From: Paraglomus brasilianum
Taxonomy: Eukaryota
Length of the DNA: 50,288 bases
Assembly (NCBI GenBank): GCA_910592345.1
Contig: CAJVPI010000137.1
Coordinates: forward strand, 1 to 50,288
Direction: 5' to 3'
In this document: positions 25,269 to 39,185 of the stretch, piece after piece
How positions within the stretch are numbered: position 1 is the first letter of the stretch
Layout of the letters: the number at the start of each line of letters is the position of its first letter
The notes under the pieces: model-generated
Told to the model about the DNA's origin: nothing
Databases searched by the model: none
Seen by the model: only the letters and a program-made list of their open reading frames with translations
Program-made: the position numbers and the translations under genes

Positions 25269-26264
25269 GACATAAAGATTTGGAATCGAAAGCTTCTATC
25301 TCGACTCGGTCGACAGCAAGTAGTGCCTACCGAGAGATCCACTTTCTGATTGCGTCTTCACTCACAGACATCAGTTTTTATCCTCGAAATCGTAGGTTGG
25401 TGCAGGTTCAACTTAATTTCTGACAATAACCTTTCACAAATTTAGTCGAGTTCAAGTGTGGTGTGGCCGAATATGGAAACCGACTTTTTTATTCCATTCG
25501 TGTTCTCTCCCTAACCTCAATTTTTTGCTGACGGCTTCCAATAGATTATATAATACAGTTGGCCATTGGCAACGTCCACTCAAAGGCACTCCCATTTTTC
25601 TGAGTAGCCAGAAAATGGTCACGTCCTGTTACCTTTGTTGGGAGCAATCCTCGATATCCCTAATATAAAATCTTGGTAGAATTGTGGGTGGCCGTTAACG
25701 CATTGCACGAGGAAAATCAACTTTTCCCAAATGTTTTCATTTTTTGGAGAGCCAATCGGTTGACCCTCATAAACGACCACTATTACTTTTATTATCTATT
25801 CAGTTCACTTTATTACATTGTAGGAGGCAGGGTTGGGCCACCTTTCTCATCCTCGGTTAAATCAGCGCAGCATCGGGAGATTTACATAAAAACAGTGTCT
25901 AGCGATTACCTAGAACATATTAATATAACTCTCGCAGTTAAAGCACTACCCAAGGGAAATGCTGCCAGTTTTTACAACTAGGGGTTCCTATACCGGAGCT
26001 GGTTTGATGGTGCACCCTTATGGGTGACAGAGTCTCCCAGCAACTGATCCTCCCTACTAAAAGCTCGATCATTTTTTTACACCATATACTAATATCCCAT
26101 ATTAGTATGTTGATGGTATGTTAAATTGATTCTTTTTGCTTGTTCTGCACCAGTGAATCTAATTTTTTGTCACATCCATAAATTTGTTATTTCTGTCATT
26201 GTAAGGGTAATTTCTAGGTAGCCAAGCTGTTAACCATAAACGGATTGCTAGTGTATGTTGTAAA

Positions 26265-26440
26265 GACTGGAGACAAAAGTATTGCACAGTCGTAATTTGT
26301 CTAATTCCATAAATAAAAAAAACTCAAATGAAATATTAATGTTTATTTAATAATATAAGTGTCATGATGAGCAGAACAATAAATTAGTAAACCCAATGTT
26401 CTGCTTTGGCGCATATGAAAAGTATTGCACAGTTCTATTT
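26265..26440 (+). mobile_element. Orphan Tc1-like terminus with inner direct repeat
   Basis: aaaagtattgcacagt occurs twice (about 26275 and 26418), like an IR/DR end. No partner end was found. Confidence 0.4.
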
Positions 26441-28715
26441 TTAAGATATTGAATTTTTGCTTAATATTAAACCTAAAAAGAAATTTTATTTACTTAAAGT
26501 AAATGACAATATTCGGTATTTCCTCCATTGGCCGCAATCGCAGCTTGAATTTGGTGGGCATGGCAATAACATGTTATTCACGGATGCGGATTCCATTCTT
26601 CTTTTACTGATCATATTTTGCATGATTTATAGTAGTAAGTGGCGAAAACCGTTGGAATTGCTGTGCAATAGTATCTTATTATCTTTGCGAGTACTATGTT
26701 TTTGCGTCTAGCTACTAGCTTTTTTACTGTAATTATGAGAAATAAGCTCTTGGCGAGACTCATTTACGCGGCAAAAGCAGAAAATTGAGTTTTTTACTAA
26801 TTTATTATTCTGATCATCATGTCATATTAATATCAACATCGTAAAGTCGGGATATGCTTTGTTATTTACTAAGGCCTGTTATGACAACTATGTCCCTCCC
26901 ATAAAGTCAGTAATCTCTACACATTATTAGTTCTAGGTGCGATTGGTCACGTGCGTAATTGTTTCGCGGTCATTAATGGTAACTTTTGTCTCGTATTTTT
27001 CGAAGGAGGTTATTTTGTCTGTCATGACCGTTTTCTCTCTACTCCGCCGTATCCTCTCTTTTCTTTTCTTTTTTAATTCCAGTTGTCTTCACCCGTCAAT
27101 ATACTTCTCAAGGTATATCTTCACACTCCCGGTGCGGTGCCATTATACCTGTAAATTCAACTTAGGCAACCAAATTCGAAGGTTTATAAGCTATGGTAGA
27201 AATAATAATTAGCCTTTTATTAGAAATAATGATTGGCTTACATCGCGGTGTAAAAATAAAAAACGTTGAACGATGTACATCCATTTTCGGGCTCCATGAT
27301 CAAACCCACGTAGATACTTTATTAAACTTGGATAGTGACAGGTTATTTTCCCTGTTCGTTTTCATGAGTTCTATAGATTGGGTATAACACAGCAACTTTC
27401 TGCTTGAATAGTGGCATACTAAGTATCCTCTGGATAAAGTATTGACTTTTCATTAGAAATTATCGTTGCTAGAATGCAAGCCATTGTTCAATCTAAACTT
27501 TTTTTTAGTTGAAAATACCAAACAGGGACATTCTGAGCCCTGAAACTTTCTGTGGCACTATATTCGTGATGCCCCATACTCTTGTGCGATGCATTTCTAC
27601 CCAGAATAAAATTGCCTTTCTTAATCAACTGATAGAGAATATTAATAATAGTATCTTACTTTGCAGCCTGGTTTTCTAAAAAAAGACGGAAAATCCCGAT
27701 CGACAAAGGTTTGTTCAACATCCACAAGCACAATCTTACAAGTTCGGTTATGCAAACCACAGCCACAGGCGTCGATTCTGTCCAATCATGAATCTTTTAC
27801 ACCTTCATTCATCTCCTCTTGCTTTGCAACCCAGCAACTGCATATAACTCGCATACAGGACTCCAAAAACTGTCATGTGTCTTTTGCGGACTAGACTATA
27901 TCGAAGGAGCTTGCTTTTGTTTTCACAGACTTGGCGAATGAGTTAGGGTTAGTATTTGTTCTGCGTATATGTTTAGGTATGATTATATGGAAATTTATAT
28001 TGAACGATTATTATTATTATTATGTATGATTAATGTTTAATCATTCCCCCCACCCCCGGTTGAAAAATCGGTTATCAAATATTCGATAGAGACCAAAAGT
28101 AAATCGATTCACACCGAGTTAATACCAAAATCTCACACAAGGAGACTTATTTATTGTGCCCTATTATCTTCTCTAAATATATTCATAGACATTGCCTAAT
28201 TCTCATTCTAAATAGAATATACCAAAGTCAATCTTGTACTTTTCGAAGCCAATCTCACATATTCCGATAATTGGAGTTAACACATATTCTGCAAGATGTA
28301 AGTTGTCTCATGCTTTTGAGGAAAAAAAAAGACACACAAAATGCCCTGCACGAAATGTTTTAACAAAGACCAGAACCGGATAATGTTTTGTTATAGAGTT
28401 GCGAGATTATATTAGACTTTTTTGTTTTTGACTATAGAGACTGACATAAACATACACTTATACTCACACATTTATTACTATTCTCATTGTTTACTACCCG
28501 TCGACACCTGCGCTCGTTATATTATTGGTATATAACTATTATATACACTACACTTTGTACATTCCTATCAATCAACTTTCCGTCGCCCACAACGTCCTGT
28601 CCGTTTATCCAAACTCTTTCCTTCTACAATGAACTTCTCCTCTCGGATACTATCTCTAACACTTCCCATGTTTCCATCACAATTTTCATTAGACAAAGCT
28701 TCTCCCTTTTCCAAA

Positions 28716-30538
28716 ATGCCCTTCTCACATACTAAATTGCTGCGCAAGCGTACAAGTGGGATAAGTCATTCATCTAACGAAACTAAAGAGACTGCAGAGT
28801 TGCAACGACGCATACACATGATAAATAATGCCATTGCAAGGAAAGATATTGCTGAATTGAGGAAACTGGCTGTTACTGGTCCAGGATTGGTGAATGATGG
28901 TTTGAGGCGGCTAGCATGGCCTTTGTTGTTACGCTGTGAGAAGGGTGGAGAAGTCAGAGAAGGTATGTACTGGTCGGTCGGGTTGAGTAATCTAGAGCGA
29001 AAAACAAAGAACGTTTTCGTGACACGAACGCTATTCTCGGGAACGAGTATGGCGGTCCAAACGAATAGATTGTACGCCTCTGTGTACGTTATTATTTTAT
29101 CTAATAATGAGCCACAATTTTTTTTTTTCTCTTTCAACTTTTATTCGTATGTCATGTAGCTGATGAGCATAGTGATGAAGCCCAAGCAAAGCTTGATGTG
29201 GAAAGATCGTTTGTGTATTTGCCAAAAGGTTAGTTGTCCATTTCCTACAGATTTTAAGTAAGCCATTTCTTTCGACTTGTCAAGTTCAACAAAGTCCACC
29301 CTTCATTATTCTTTTTGACTTATATGCTTCCGATATCCCCCATCCAGGTACCCGCACAACTGCAAAGAAACAATACCAGCGTGACTTACAAGAAGTAATA
29401 GCTTGTGTATTACGTCGTCATCTCGATCTCCACTATTACCAAGGTTTTCATGACATTTGCTCGGTGCTCCTCATCGTCTTGGGGAAGCAATTGGCAATCG
29501 CTGCCGCAGAGAATATAGCAATGTTTCTCCTGCGAGACGCAATGCTCGACTCGCTCGAGCCCATTCTACGACAGCTTATGCTGTTGGACACCATACTACA
29601 ATTCGAAGATCCGCAAATACACAAGTTCATGACCGAGAGCAACATATTACCCTATTTTGGTTTAAGCTGGGTGATTACTTGGTGTAGTCATGATATAAAG
29701 GATGTTGGGAAAGTGGCAAGGTTGTTTGACTTTTTCATTTCGTCAAATCCATTGATGAGTGTTTACTTGGCTGCGAGGGTGAGTATACATGAAGACGGGA
29801 AAGGGCTCGCTCTCTCTCTCTATCCTTTGATGCGTGTTAATTGCTAACTTTTGTTTCTTCTGTTGTTTGTATGATATAGCTCGTAATAAGTAGACGACAA
29901 GAACTTTTGATGCTAGAACGTGATAATGCATCGATACATACATTCTTGTCAAAGTTTCCACAGAACATCGATATTGACGATATAATAGCAAAGACACAAG
30001 GGCTGTATAACAAGTACCCTCCAGCAGTACTGCAGAAGCTATCTGGCGATCCTCTGGACGAGACGTAAGTATAAGCAGCGATTCAGAACAAAGCGCTCTA
30101 ATTGCTATTTTTGGTTTGTAGTAGATTAGATACAATCTCAAGAAACATCTTACCTAACATTCTCACTTATTACTATGTACTTCTAGTTCGTGTGTAAATA
30201 CATACAAGCGCCATTGGTCTTCCCTAAAATCTAATGCTCCTGTTGATTACTCCTTGGCAGATCTGATATTATCCATTCCACAGACAAGGAAACCGGTAAG
30301 AGATATTTCGGAAGTTCGATAGCTTGAATAATAACAAGATTGTGATATCGAAACTTCTCTTTTCTATAGTTGTGCCTCATAGGTTGTTGAGGTCAAAAGA
30401 ATTAAATTCGGGGGAGTGTTCATTATGGGCATTATTATGTTTTTTCCCCCATTGGGATGGAGTTTTGTGAGTCCGTTCGGTGTACGTTCAGACATTCATT
30501 TTATTTATAGCCTCCATGAGTTCTATATAGATTGGTGA
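28716..30538 (+). CDS. TBC-domain Rab GTPase-activating protein (TBC1D20/Gyp8-like)
   Basis: Exons 28716-28962, 29160-29228, 29348-29778, 29880-30064, 30187-30295 and 30383-(30538). Motifs LRRLAWPLLL, QAKLDVERSF, HYYQGFHDI, LSWVITW, and a hydrophobic tail. The start may be 28629, and the 3' end may include an extra exon to about 30661. Confidence 0.88.
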
Positions 30539-30794
30539 CAATTTCCCTTGCAGATGATATATTATTGTATCTGCTATGTTACATATGTTGAATATTGTAA
30601 GTATTTGTATAATTTGTGCGTGTTGAGGAGACTGCTGTGCTGTTTCCAGTGCATTGAATGAATCATCCGGACTGTGTACACTAAAGGATATGGATTGGAG
30701 AGTGAGGTGAATGGGGGGCGGGCGGATCTATGTATATAATGTGTGAGTAGACCTTATATCATTAAACTCGCACGGTCTGTTTAAAAGGTGCGCA

Positions 30795-31443
30795 TTATGA
30801 ACATGTTTTGGTTGATGGGTCGGTTCGAGGGTATTTGTTCGTTCCTAGTTCATGGTGCTCGTTCAGGTGTAGTTCTGAATATATTTTTGAAAGACGTCAG
30901 CTTCTAAATCATTGAGCCTTCATATGGCACTCATCATCTTACAGTATGTACTTACTGTACGTTCCATTCGGGTCAATCAATTCTGCTTGGACAACATTCT
31001 TCTTGAGAAAGACAGCAGTATCGTCAGCATTCTTAATGTACTGTAGTGGAAGGAATGGTGATTATGGTCATATTTTAATTGATCAAGTACAAGTCACCAA
31101 TATATCGATATATATCACTACCTCTTCGATTTTTGAAATGTCAGTCTCATCTTTATGTTTTATAAATTCTTCTCTTGTCTTCAGTCTGCCAACTGACCAT
31201 TATTCGTCAGTGCGAGTCGAAAGATTATCTGATCAAGTAATTTTTCAACATAGTATGGATGCGATTTTTCACCTTGTATGAGCTGCTCATCGCCTATAGC
31301 CGTAATCAAAAATTAGCAAATAGATATAAATCTTGTTAACACATGACTGTTATATAACCTCGAAATGTTTGTTTCTGTGTCTTCAACAGATTTCTATATG
31401 CATGGAGGACAGCTTGTCGGAGATTACTAATATTTGAATTCAT
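30795..31443 (-). CDS. MZM1: Complex III assembly factor Mzm1/LYRM7 (LYR-motif protein), 113 aa; 5 exons; absent from the ORF track
   Basis: Exons 31443-31359, 31293-31273, 31192-31122, 31040-30956 and 30874-30795, all GT-AG and in frame. Product: MNSNISNLRQAVLHAYRNLLKTQKQTFRGDEQLIQVGRLKTREEFIKHKDETDISKIEEYIKNADDTAVFLKKNVVQAELIDPNGTYKLHLNEHHELGTNKYPRTDPSTKTCS. Confidence 0.9.
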
Positions 31444-32755
31444 GGAGATGCAAATGTGATTGAATATGTCATGCAAAATGTCCACCTTAATTGTCGTTGG
31501 TACTAGTGATCACGTTGTGTGACGTAACAGTCTGTACGCTTGTATAACTTGACAAACGTACACTAGTAAGTAACACACTTTATTTCTCAGAGACTTTCGG
31601 GGAGTACGCTTATGCATATTTTGTCCACCGTTTACTGTAATCTGCACAGCTTACCTAATCTATGTAATCTGTCATTGAACTTGGCGATTGATCTTAACGA
31701 CAATCAGGGTAGATTTAAACCTTATGGAATTACAATGAGACAGTGGAAGGACGAAAAGGGAAATTACGAACAAAAGCTGAATTAATTCTGCCTATTACTA
31801 TGTAATGAAATTAGTACCCAAGTCGTCTGACGTAATGTCACATGAACAGATATACAGGTGTTGTGACTATGATGATCATCGGTCGAAATGTACGAGAGGC
31901 AAAGAATTGATTCAGTTACAATTGGGTTCTCAAGTGTGTGCCCACGGAGTTGTAAGTGGTCTTCTTTGTGTATGACTACAGACAGAGTTTTCATATGACT
32001 ATAAACGAAGGGACTATAGACAGTAGTTCATTGTATTTCCAGCGACAGGTAAAAACAATGCAAAATCAGTTGTTCGTTTTCTTTCTCAGCAAGAATTGCA
32101 TGTTCTGTTAACTTTACTAAAAAAGGACATTATTTTGCTTTTGATGAAGCAATGGAGGTCTTTAGTGTAAAGTTTATAAACCCAAATTTTACTGGCAAAG
32201 CCTGACCCAGACAAATTTAATGCAGCAAATTAAGTCTTTAATATAAACTTTGATATGATTGACTAATCAAAATATATTTATTTCATATTATTTGAAGTTT
32301 GTACTGTAGATTAGATAGTGTTTGCTTTCACCATTATCTGCTGATCGAACCTCGTTTTCACCTACACCCATATTCATATCTGTGATTCTGCTAATATAAA
32401 TAATAGACTTTATGTTGTAATTAATTTCATTTTTATATACTTTAAACAATGAAACCATTTTTAATCAACGAATTTCACATCTTAATATCATGTATTGATT
32501 TTATCCACATGTCAATGAGCAACAAAAAATTTATTTATAGAATAATATTCAATAGTTTTTCTATACTGCCTTCTCCCCCATTCCATATATTCTATTGTAT
32601 TCCTTGTGATTAGAACTACAAAATAATAAAGAAATAATCAACAAGTCAAATAAAAAAAAAGCAATTAATGATATTATTATACCAACCCTCTTTTCTACAT
32701 TAACTTCACTCTTGCCAAATATTAATGATTCTGTCCTACCTGTATACACATATGT

Positions 32756-34230
32756 ACATAGTCAACCTCGATAAAATAAAGTCACTTTAAGATAAAATCA
32801 CTCTAAGGTAAAGAATTTTTCCGCCCCAAATTTTTTGTATTAAAAATATAAATTTTATTATAAACCGCGACAAAACTGTAAGATAAAGAGAATTCTCTCA
32901 CACTTCTAACAAATAAACCTCCTTAAGTTGAATATCTCGATTAGTTAAAAACTTACTATTTATAGAATAAGTGTTACCAAACCTTGATTTCGAAAACCAT
33001 GTACTGCTGATCCTTCTATTAAGAATAAACGTAAGAATATATCTAATTCATTATCTGATAATTAAAAACTCTGATCAATTACGAGAAAGACTTTAACGGA
33101 ACTACAAAAGAAAAAACTCCGTGAAATGTTCAATACGCTTATATCAAAATCAAGAACTTGCGGAGAAATTTTCAATTAATCCTTCTACAATAACTTTATT
33201 GGATGCGACCTCCCCAACAGCAAAATTAAACAAAATAAAGTACCCAAATTTCCAAATCTAGAAAAAGCTCTGGTGATATGGTTGGAGAATGCAGTAAACG
33301 ACAATCAGTCAGTGTCTGGCCACATCATACTTGAAAAGGCCCGCGAGTTTGCTACACGTCTTGGCATTCACGATATTAATGGCTCAAACGATGGCTGGAA
33401 AGATTCAAGAACCGAAATCACATTAAAGAATATTGGAGGGAAACAGTGCACCATTGGAAAATCTAGAGAATTACCGGCAGAAACTAAGAGAAATCACTTC
33501 TGCTTACGAATTGTTAACGCTGATGAAACCGCACTATTTTGGCGAATGGAGCCAACACGAACTTTATCAACTCGGCCTGTTTCTGGCACGAAAAGTCTAA
33601 AGAACGTATCACAAAAAATTTTTTTGACTTGTAACGCAACGGGTGAGGAAAAATTCCCGCCTCTCTTTCTTCACAAGTTCGAAAATCCTCGCCCAGTTTG
33701 GTATTAAAGCGTGGATGAAAAGCTCCATCTTTTAACCATTCTCTTAACTCCCTCATACAATGACAGAAACGAAATATTCTTTTGCTTGTCGATAATGCTG
33801 CTTGTCACTCACTCTACGAAGATACCACATTGTCCAACATCACGGTACATTATCTCCCCCCTAATACTACGGCTCACTTGTAACCGTGCGATGCTGGAAT
33901 TATTTATTTTCGAAATTATAAATCATTCTTCATCTATAAACTCACTCTAACTCATTATTATGTCAGACTCATTATCGCAAACTATTCTGTCAATCTCGAA
34001 TCGCCGCCTACGACGAAGCAGCATCTACAAATCTTATCTCACCTTCCGTGCCAAAGTCATTTAATATCAAACATGCTGCCAATTGCTTGGCATAACGTAT
34101 CAACTTCCACCATTCAAAATTGTTGGGACAAGACCGGAATTTTGGTGCAAAATCTGAGAATTGACATTGTCAATGAATTTATTAATTTACCTGATGATAA
34201 CGAAACGGACTTGCAATCTCCTTGAATCAG
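32756..34230 (+). mobile_element. Decayed pogo/Tigger transposon (CENP-B HTH plus DDE_1)
   Basis: Left end tacatagtcaacctcgataa. Fragments PKFPNLEKALVIW, GHIILEKAREFA, IVNADETALFWRMEP, LTCNATGEEK, LLVDNAACH and LPPNTTAHL*PCDAG, with many frameshifts. Confidence 0.85.
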
Positions 34231-35093
34231 TTATCTACGGAGCATGTGAATATGTAAGTCTCGAAAATTCGGTTTAGTTTAATATAACCACCAATAGTAG
34301 CAATTTCTGCTGCCGCCGCAGTATACCATGACATCGCATATGTAGGATAAAAATACAATGTACGTTAAATAAGACTAGTTGAAAAGTTCGGTTTAACTAA
34401 CCCGACAGTAATGGGGCAGATTATCGCCGGTGTTCGAATGCAAGCTTACTTAACGCCGTCATTTCCATACAATACACGTCTTCATATAATAGGGTTGAAA
34501 AGTATATTCATATGAACACATATACCTTATCTTTATCTACTAAGCGTTCTAGGTGTTTTCTACGTCGCTGTCGTTCTCCCTAATAATTTCTTGTAAAACC
34601 TCTATCAAACAACTTGCGTCTCTTTCTTCTGTCGTCATTCCATGGTCTCTCCATAAATGATATAAGCACCGATTGTCAACCGATATAGTGATTCGTTTTT
34701 GAGAAAGACTTTTATAGAACTCATTCTACTCAGTCTTTTTAATGGTTTCTGTTGGGGCATCGAAAGTAATAGTTTGTAGTCACATAAGTTACAATTCAAA
34801 AATGCTCGTGTTCATCATCCGAATTGATGATTAGGATTGGGGGATCAAATCACACATAGAATGCACATACCTCCAATTACTTCTATCTCCCCAAAAATCC
34901 TCAGTATTAGCCATATTAATATAATAAGTCTGCTGGATGTTGCGTTTTCTTGCCTTATTATTTAGCCAGACTATGACAATCACCATTAGTATCATAACAC
35001 CCTTGATAACAATGAATAGAACCCCCTTAAACTTCTACATCAATAAAAAGATTAATATTTAAAAACTGTGGCCGAAAATATTTTGATAATCAC

Positions 35094-35811
35094 GGGTCCG
35101 TATTATTTCATTTCACCGACAGTACATTTCACCGACAATTAATTACCAAAAAAGGATAACTTCGAAATCTATGTTGGTGAATATTTGTCGGTGAAATGAT
35201 TGTCGATGAAATGATCGCTTCCCGTAGAATACTAATACATAATAGTAATACTGGCTTTTTCTTTTCCCCAACCGGCCATAAAACACATAAAACCGGTAAA
35301 ACATAAAACGTAAAACATATAAAACAGCCCGCCCAAACCGAAGTTCGAGCCTCAGAAGCTATGGCGCGCAAGGGGCAAGGCTTAGCCTACTGCCGCGGCT
35401 TTATTGGACACTTTAATGAAGCTGTAGTTCTTAAACTCTGTCGCTTAACAATATTGTTCTTGCCTTTCGTAAGGTAAATCACTTCATCACGGTCTAATTA
35501 GAATTAGGGTCTGGCCCAAGCGTTTGTCTTAAAACTACGAAACGTGTTCCTGAATCTTTGCTCTGGCCCAATGCCCCTATTTATTTTTCCGATTATGACC
35601 TTATGTGTAGACATGTGTGTGAGGGGTGTAATTGGAAATCTGTGCTTACTTTACAACGGGAGGCAATCATTTCGTCGACAATTATTTCACCGACAATCAT
35701 TTCATCGACAAATCTTCACCAACATTATTTCGAAGTTATCCTTTTTTGGTAGTTAATTGTCGGTGAAATGTACTGTCGGTGAAATGATTGTCGATGAAAT
35801 AATACGGACCC
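35094..35811. mobile_element. Non-autonomous foldback/Mutator-like element with about 135-160 bp TIRs
   Basis: Termini gggtccgtattatttcat and atgaaataatacggaccc. TIRs are built from repeated atttcaccgaca units. No target-site duplication was recognised. Confidence 0.85.
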
Positions 35812-35827
35812 CTTTACAACAGCTTGT

Positions 35828-35905
35828 ACATAGTCAAACTCGATAAGATCCGACGGGCTGGTGGTAACGGTTTAAGATACAGAGGTTTTATTTTATCGAA
35901 GATTT
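35828..35905. mobile_element. Miniature or terminal fragment related to the pogo/Tigger end at 32756
   Basis: tacatagtcaaactcgataa resembles 32756 in direct orientation. Downstream tttattttatcga is its inverted counterpart. Confidence 0.5.
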
Positions 35906-36087
35906 GTTTGGAAAGCGCTCAACTTTCGATGCTAGCCTATTTCAGCATAAGTATATCAATCCCTGCTTAACCATTCAAAAATAAAATAATCAACTAGCGC
36001 GGATTTTCTAGGCATAAATCTTGCGCATTCGACCGGAACGTACGGAATATAGACAGCTTAAAGGACATTGTTTGTAAACAAAAAGAT

Positions 36088-37160
36088 GTGTCGCTGGCAC
36101 ATGCGCTGCTTTACAGGATAATAAGCGAAATCGATGCCAGTACTCTGTCGGATAAAGATCCATTAATTAATGGTATAATAGATTTGGAGTCCGACCGGTT
36201 CGGATTCATTAATAAATACCACAGCCTTCTCGTTGGTAAAACGGCTTCTATAAAGAAAATAAAATTCACCAACAATATAGATTTATCTTAATGCCATCCA
36301 AAGTATAACTCGTACAGTGGGGCAGCAAACTGCAGACGGCGACTTCCACTAACCAGTCTGGGTAACCAAGCCAGAATGTTTGAAATCACTGATAATCTGT
36401 GAGACAGTTTTACTATCTGTATCTATAGGAAAAGTTGAATTAGATATAGAGCATTGCGCAGGAGTTCAGTCTCTGTTTCGTTGAATTGCCTTTTTTTGAC
36501 CCAACTGTATATATTACTGTATCTTTCGTACGATGTGAATTCGTATGTTTGTTTTTTGTAAATAAAATGCGTAGCATCTTGTGCCTATTGAATATTCATT
36601 CAGAAAATCAATTAGTATTGTCAGAGACAAATAAATACTATCTGGAAATATTATTTCTAGAAAGCTCGCGTCCTAAAGCGGATATTCCAAAGTTTATTTG
36701 GGCAGGTGTGTGAGGATACGCATAATCTAATGTTGGAATTCATGACAGAGGATCAAGTAGAGCAATTACATGAGTCTAACGATGGTAATGCATTCTTGCA
36801 AAAACTGACTGCTCTGCCTATTGTGATGATACAAGTTCACTGTCTTGAGTTAAAAATTGCAGTGTTGGACAGACCATACTGGGTGTATTATCGAATACGT
36901 GTGCTAGAAACTTTTACGATACCTTTAACACCTCTTGAAAGTCTAGAGATGTTGTAAGCTGCTGGATACGACTTCAACAATACATCGAGAATACTGCTCA
37001 TCGACTGCAGAATCTTGAACGTGAAAGAGCTAAGTTGAGAGATGCCAATTACTTCCAACCTCGTATTCCACGATCAGAAACCCCAACTGTAATGAGTATC
37101 GACGATTTAAAGACACTTGATACTCCCAATAGCACTAATCGTTATGCCTCAACATAGGTA
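36088..37160 (+). pseudogene. Disrupted ORF of a lineage-expanded fungal family (possible restriction-endonuclease-like fold)
   Basis: Collinear fragments EILFLESSRP, CEDTHN and IVMIQVHCLELKIAVLDRPYWVYYRIRVLETFTIP broken by stops and frameshifts. The fold assignment is inference only. Confidence 0.45.
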
Positions 37161-39185
37161 GCTTTGATTGTGATATGTTATTTATTATTTAATATACAAT
37201 AAAGATGACAGGTTGAAAAGAAAATGATATGTATGACATGTAGGAGGATATTTGGGATAATGTGTGTTGGATGTGAGAACCACAGATAGATTATGGTCAG
37301 TATCCCCCATGCATATGTAATATAGCAATAAAGTTTGCAACAATCAGTTGGAACGATCATACTTTGCGATCCATAGAAATAATAACATGACAGTGACAGC
37401 GAAACTCTATCATTCCATTGGTCGCAGCTTACATCCTGCAAATAAACCTAATGCGCGACAGTACTGACGAAAAAGTATAGACAATAGAATAACATCACAG
37501 AAATTTTTGGCTCGATCAAAGCTTTTTTGAACACTATCCGCAGCGTATTTACCATAGGTGAGAGGCCATGCGCGGGTACTTGAAAAGCATGTGCTGAAAT
37601 ATTTGGCCGAAGTCAAGTGAATTTTCACGGAGCGTGACATCCCGTAGGGATAAAAAAGTTTTTCGTCAGATTGCTTTTGAAGGAGTTTACATGTCTAGCT
37701 AAAAAGAGGATTTTTATAATTTGTTTTGCATAATTTTGTCAAGCCACAAGTATCATCGTGTAACATTAATAGGATAGGTTTCTGACCACATGCTTTCACA
37801 GACTGCAATAAACAAACCTCTTATTGTTATAGTAATAGTGTCTGTGCGCCTTTTATTTTGTAACGTGAAATGAGTCGTTCCGAAACTTTAGTGGTTTTTG
37901 AATTCCATTACCGATGCTAAAAAAGTTCTGCATGCTATCCAACTTGGGAAGATATCCAATACTGAACCGGTTAGTTTGAATCGCCCAATTTCGCCGCCTA
38001 TAATCTATCTACATAGTTTTGTTTTTCTAGTCATAAAATAAAGTTATTACGCATGATTTTCAATATACTTTTTTTAATCAACGAAAACTGGTAGAATTAT
38101 CTATCGTCACCGTACAAACATGAAAGGTTTTGTTTGTTTAATTAATTGAAAGGCGAACTATTTTTTTGTTTCGAAACTTATGGCCAGTAGTGACTTTAAG
38201 CTTATCGCATTAGCAGTGCAGTAAACCGAAACGGACATACGGAAATTATCATACCAATGCGCTCACCGCTAAACCAAAAAGTACCATCCTTATAACTTCT
38301 TTGCGGTAGTTCATTGATTAAAATTAAATCACATTTATTAAGATGACGATCATTGTCATTTGCTATAGAGTATAACAGGTGTTAGAGAATTCGTCCCACA
38401 TTGTTGCACATAATTCCAATTTTTAGGAACGGATTATGTCAGGTAACTGAAAATAGCGTAATAAAATCTCTTACACCTATCGCCATATAATATTATTAAA
38501 CAGTTTATTGATAATCAATGTATAAGGGATTAGTAGCTGTTGATTACGTCACAGCCGAATCGCCGCACTCGAGATTGTCGGTTGAGGATAATAGATGTTG
38601 TCGGTTGATTATGAACGTTCCTGTCTTGTGACAACAGGCTTTATCCATTTGTGTGAGAACTTACGTTGAATGTTTCCCTGAACGTGAGAATTTTCAAAAC
38701 CTTATGAATCTTACAACATCGTTTAATACAAAAAAATTCAGGAGGCTCCTGCACTTTGTGCTCACATGTGGATGATCACTTAATTTTTCCAAATCGATCT
38801 TTATTGTGGTGGCGTTCTACAAACACACGACCCTTCTTTTTAGAGCTCTGTCTGTCCATGCATACAATGCGATGTATTTAATCGGTCGAGAACAAAGCAG
38901 ACTTGAAAACAAGTTCGATTCAAACAGAAAATGTGTAACACACATATATAATGGATATTTATACAAACAGAAGATTCTCCGAGGGATTTACCCAATTAGA
39001 TTCAAATATTGACGGGACCATTTGTCGTTCCTTTTATGACATAAGCATATAAAGCGTTTATTTATTATACTGTTTAAAAATTAATTCTCATCTAGCCGAG
39101 GCATATTTAAACAAGGCAGTTAGCAGTGAAAAGAACTATTTTATTTTATTTTTTCCTTTCAATTTTAAACGATACTTTCTTTAAA

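Noticed and set aside
25420..27900. Protein-like fragments on both strands
   Set aside because: Too decayed to assign by eye; probably old repeat or pseudogene debris.
31566..32050. Possible spliced transcript divergent from MZM1
   Set aside because: A few splice-like signals, but no coherent ORF or recognisable RNA motif.
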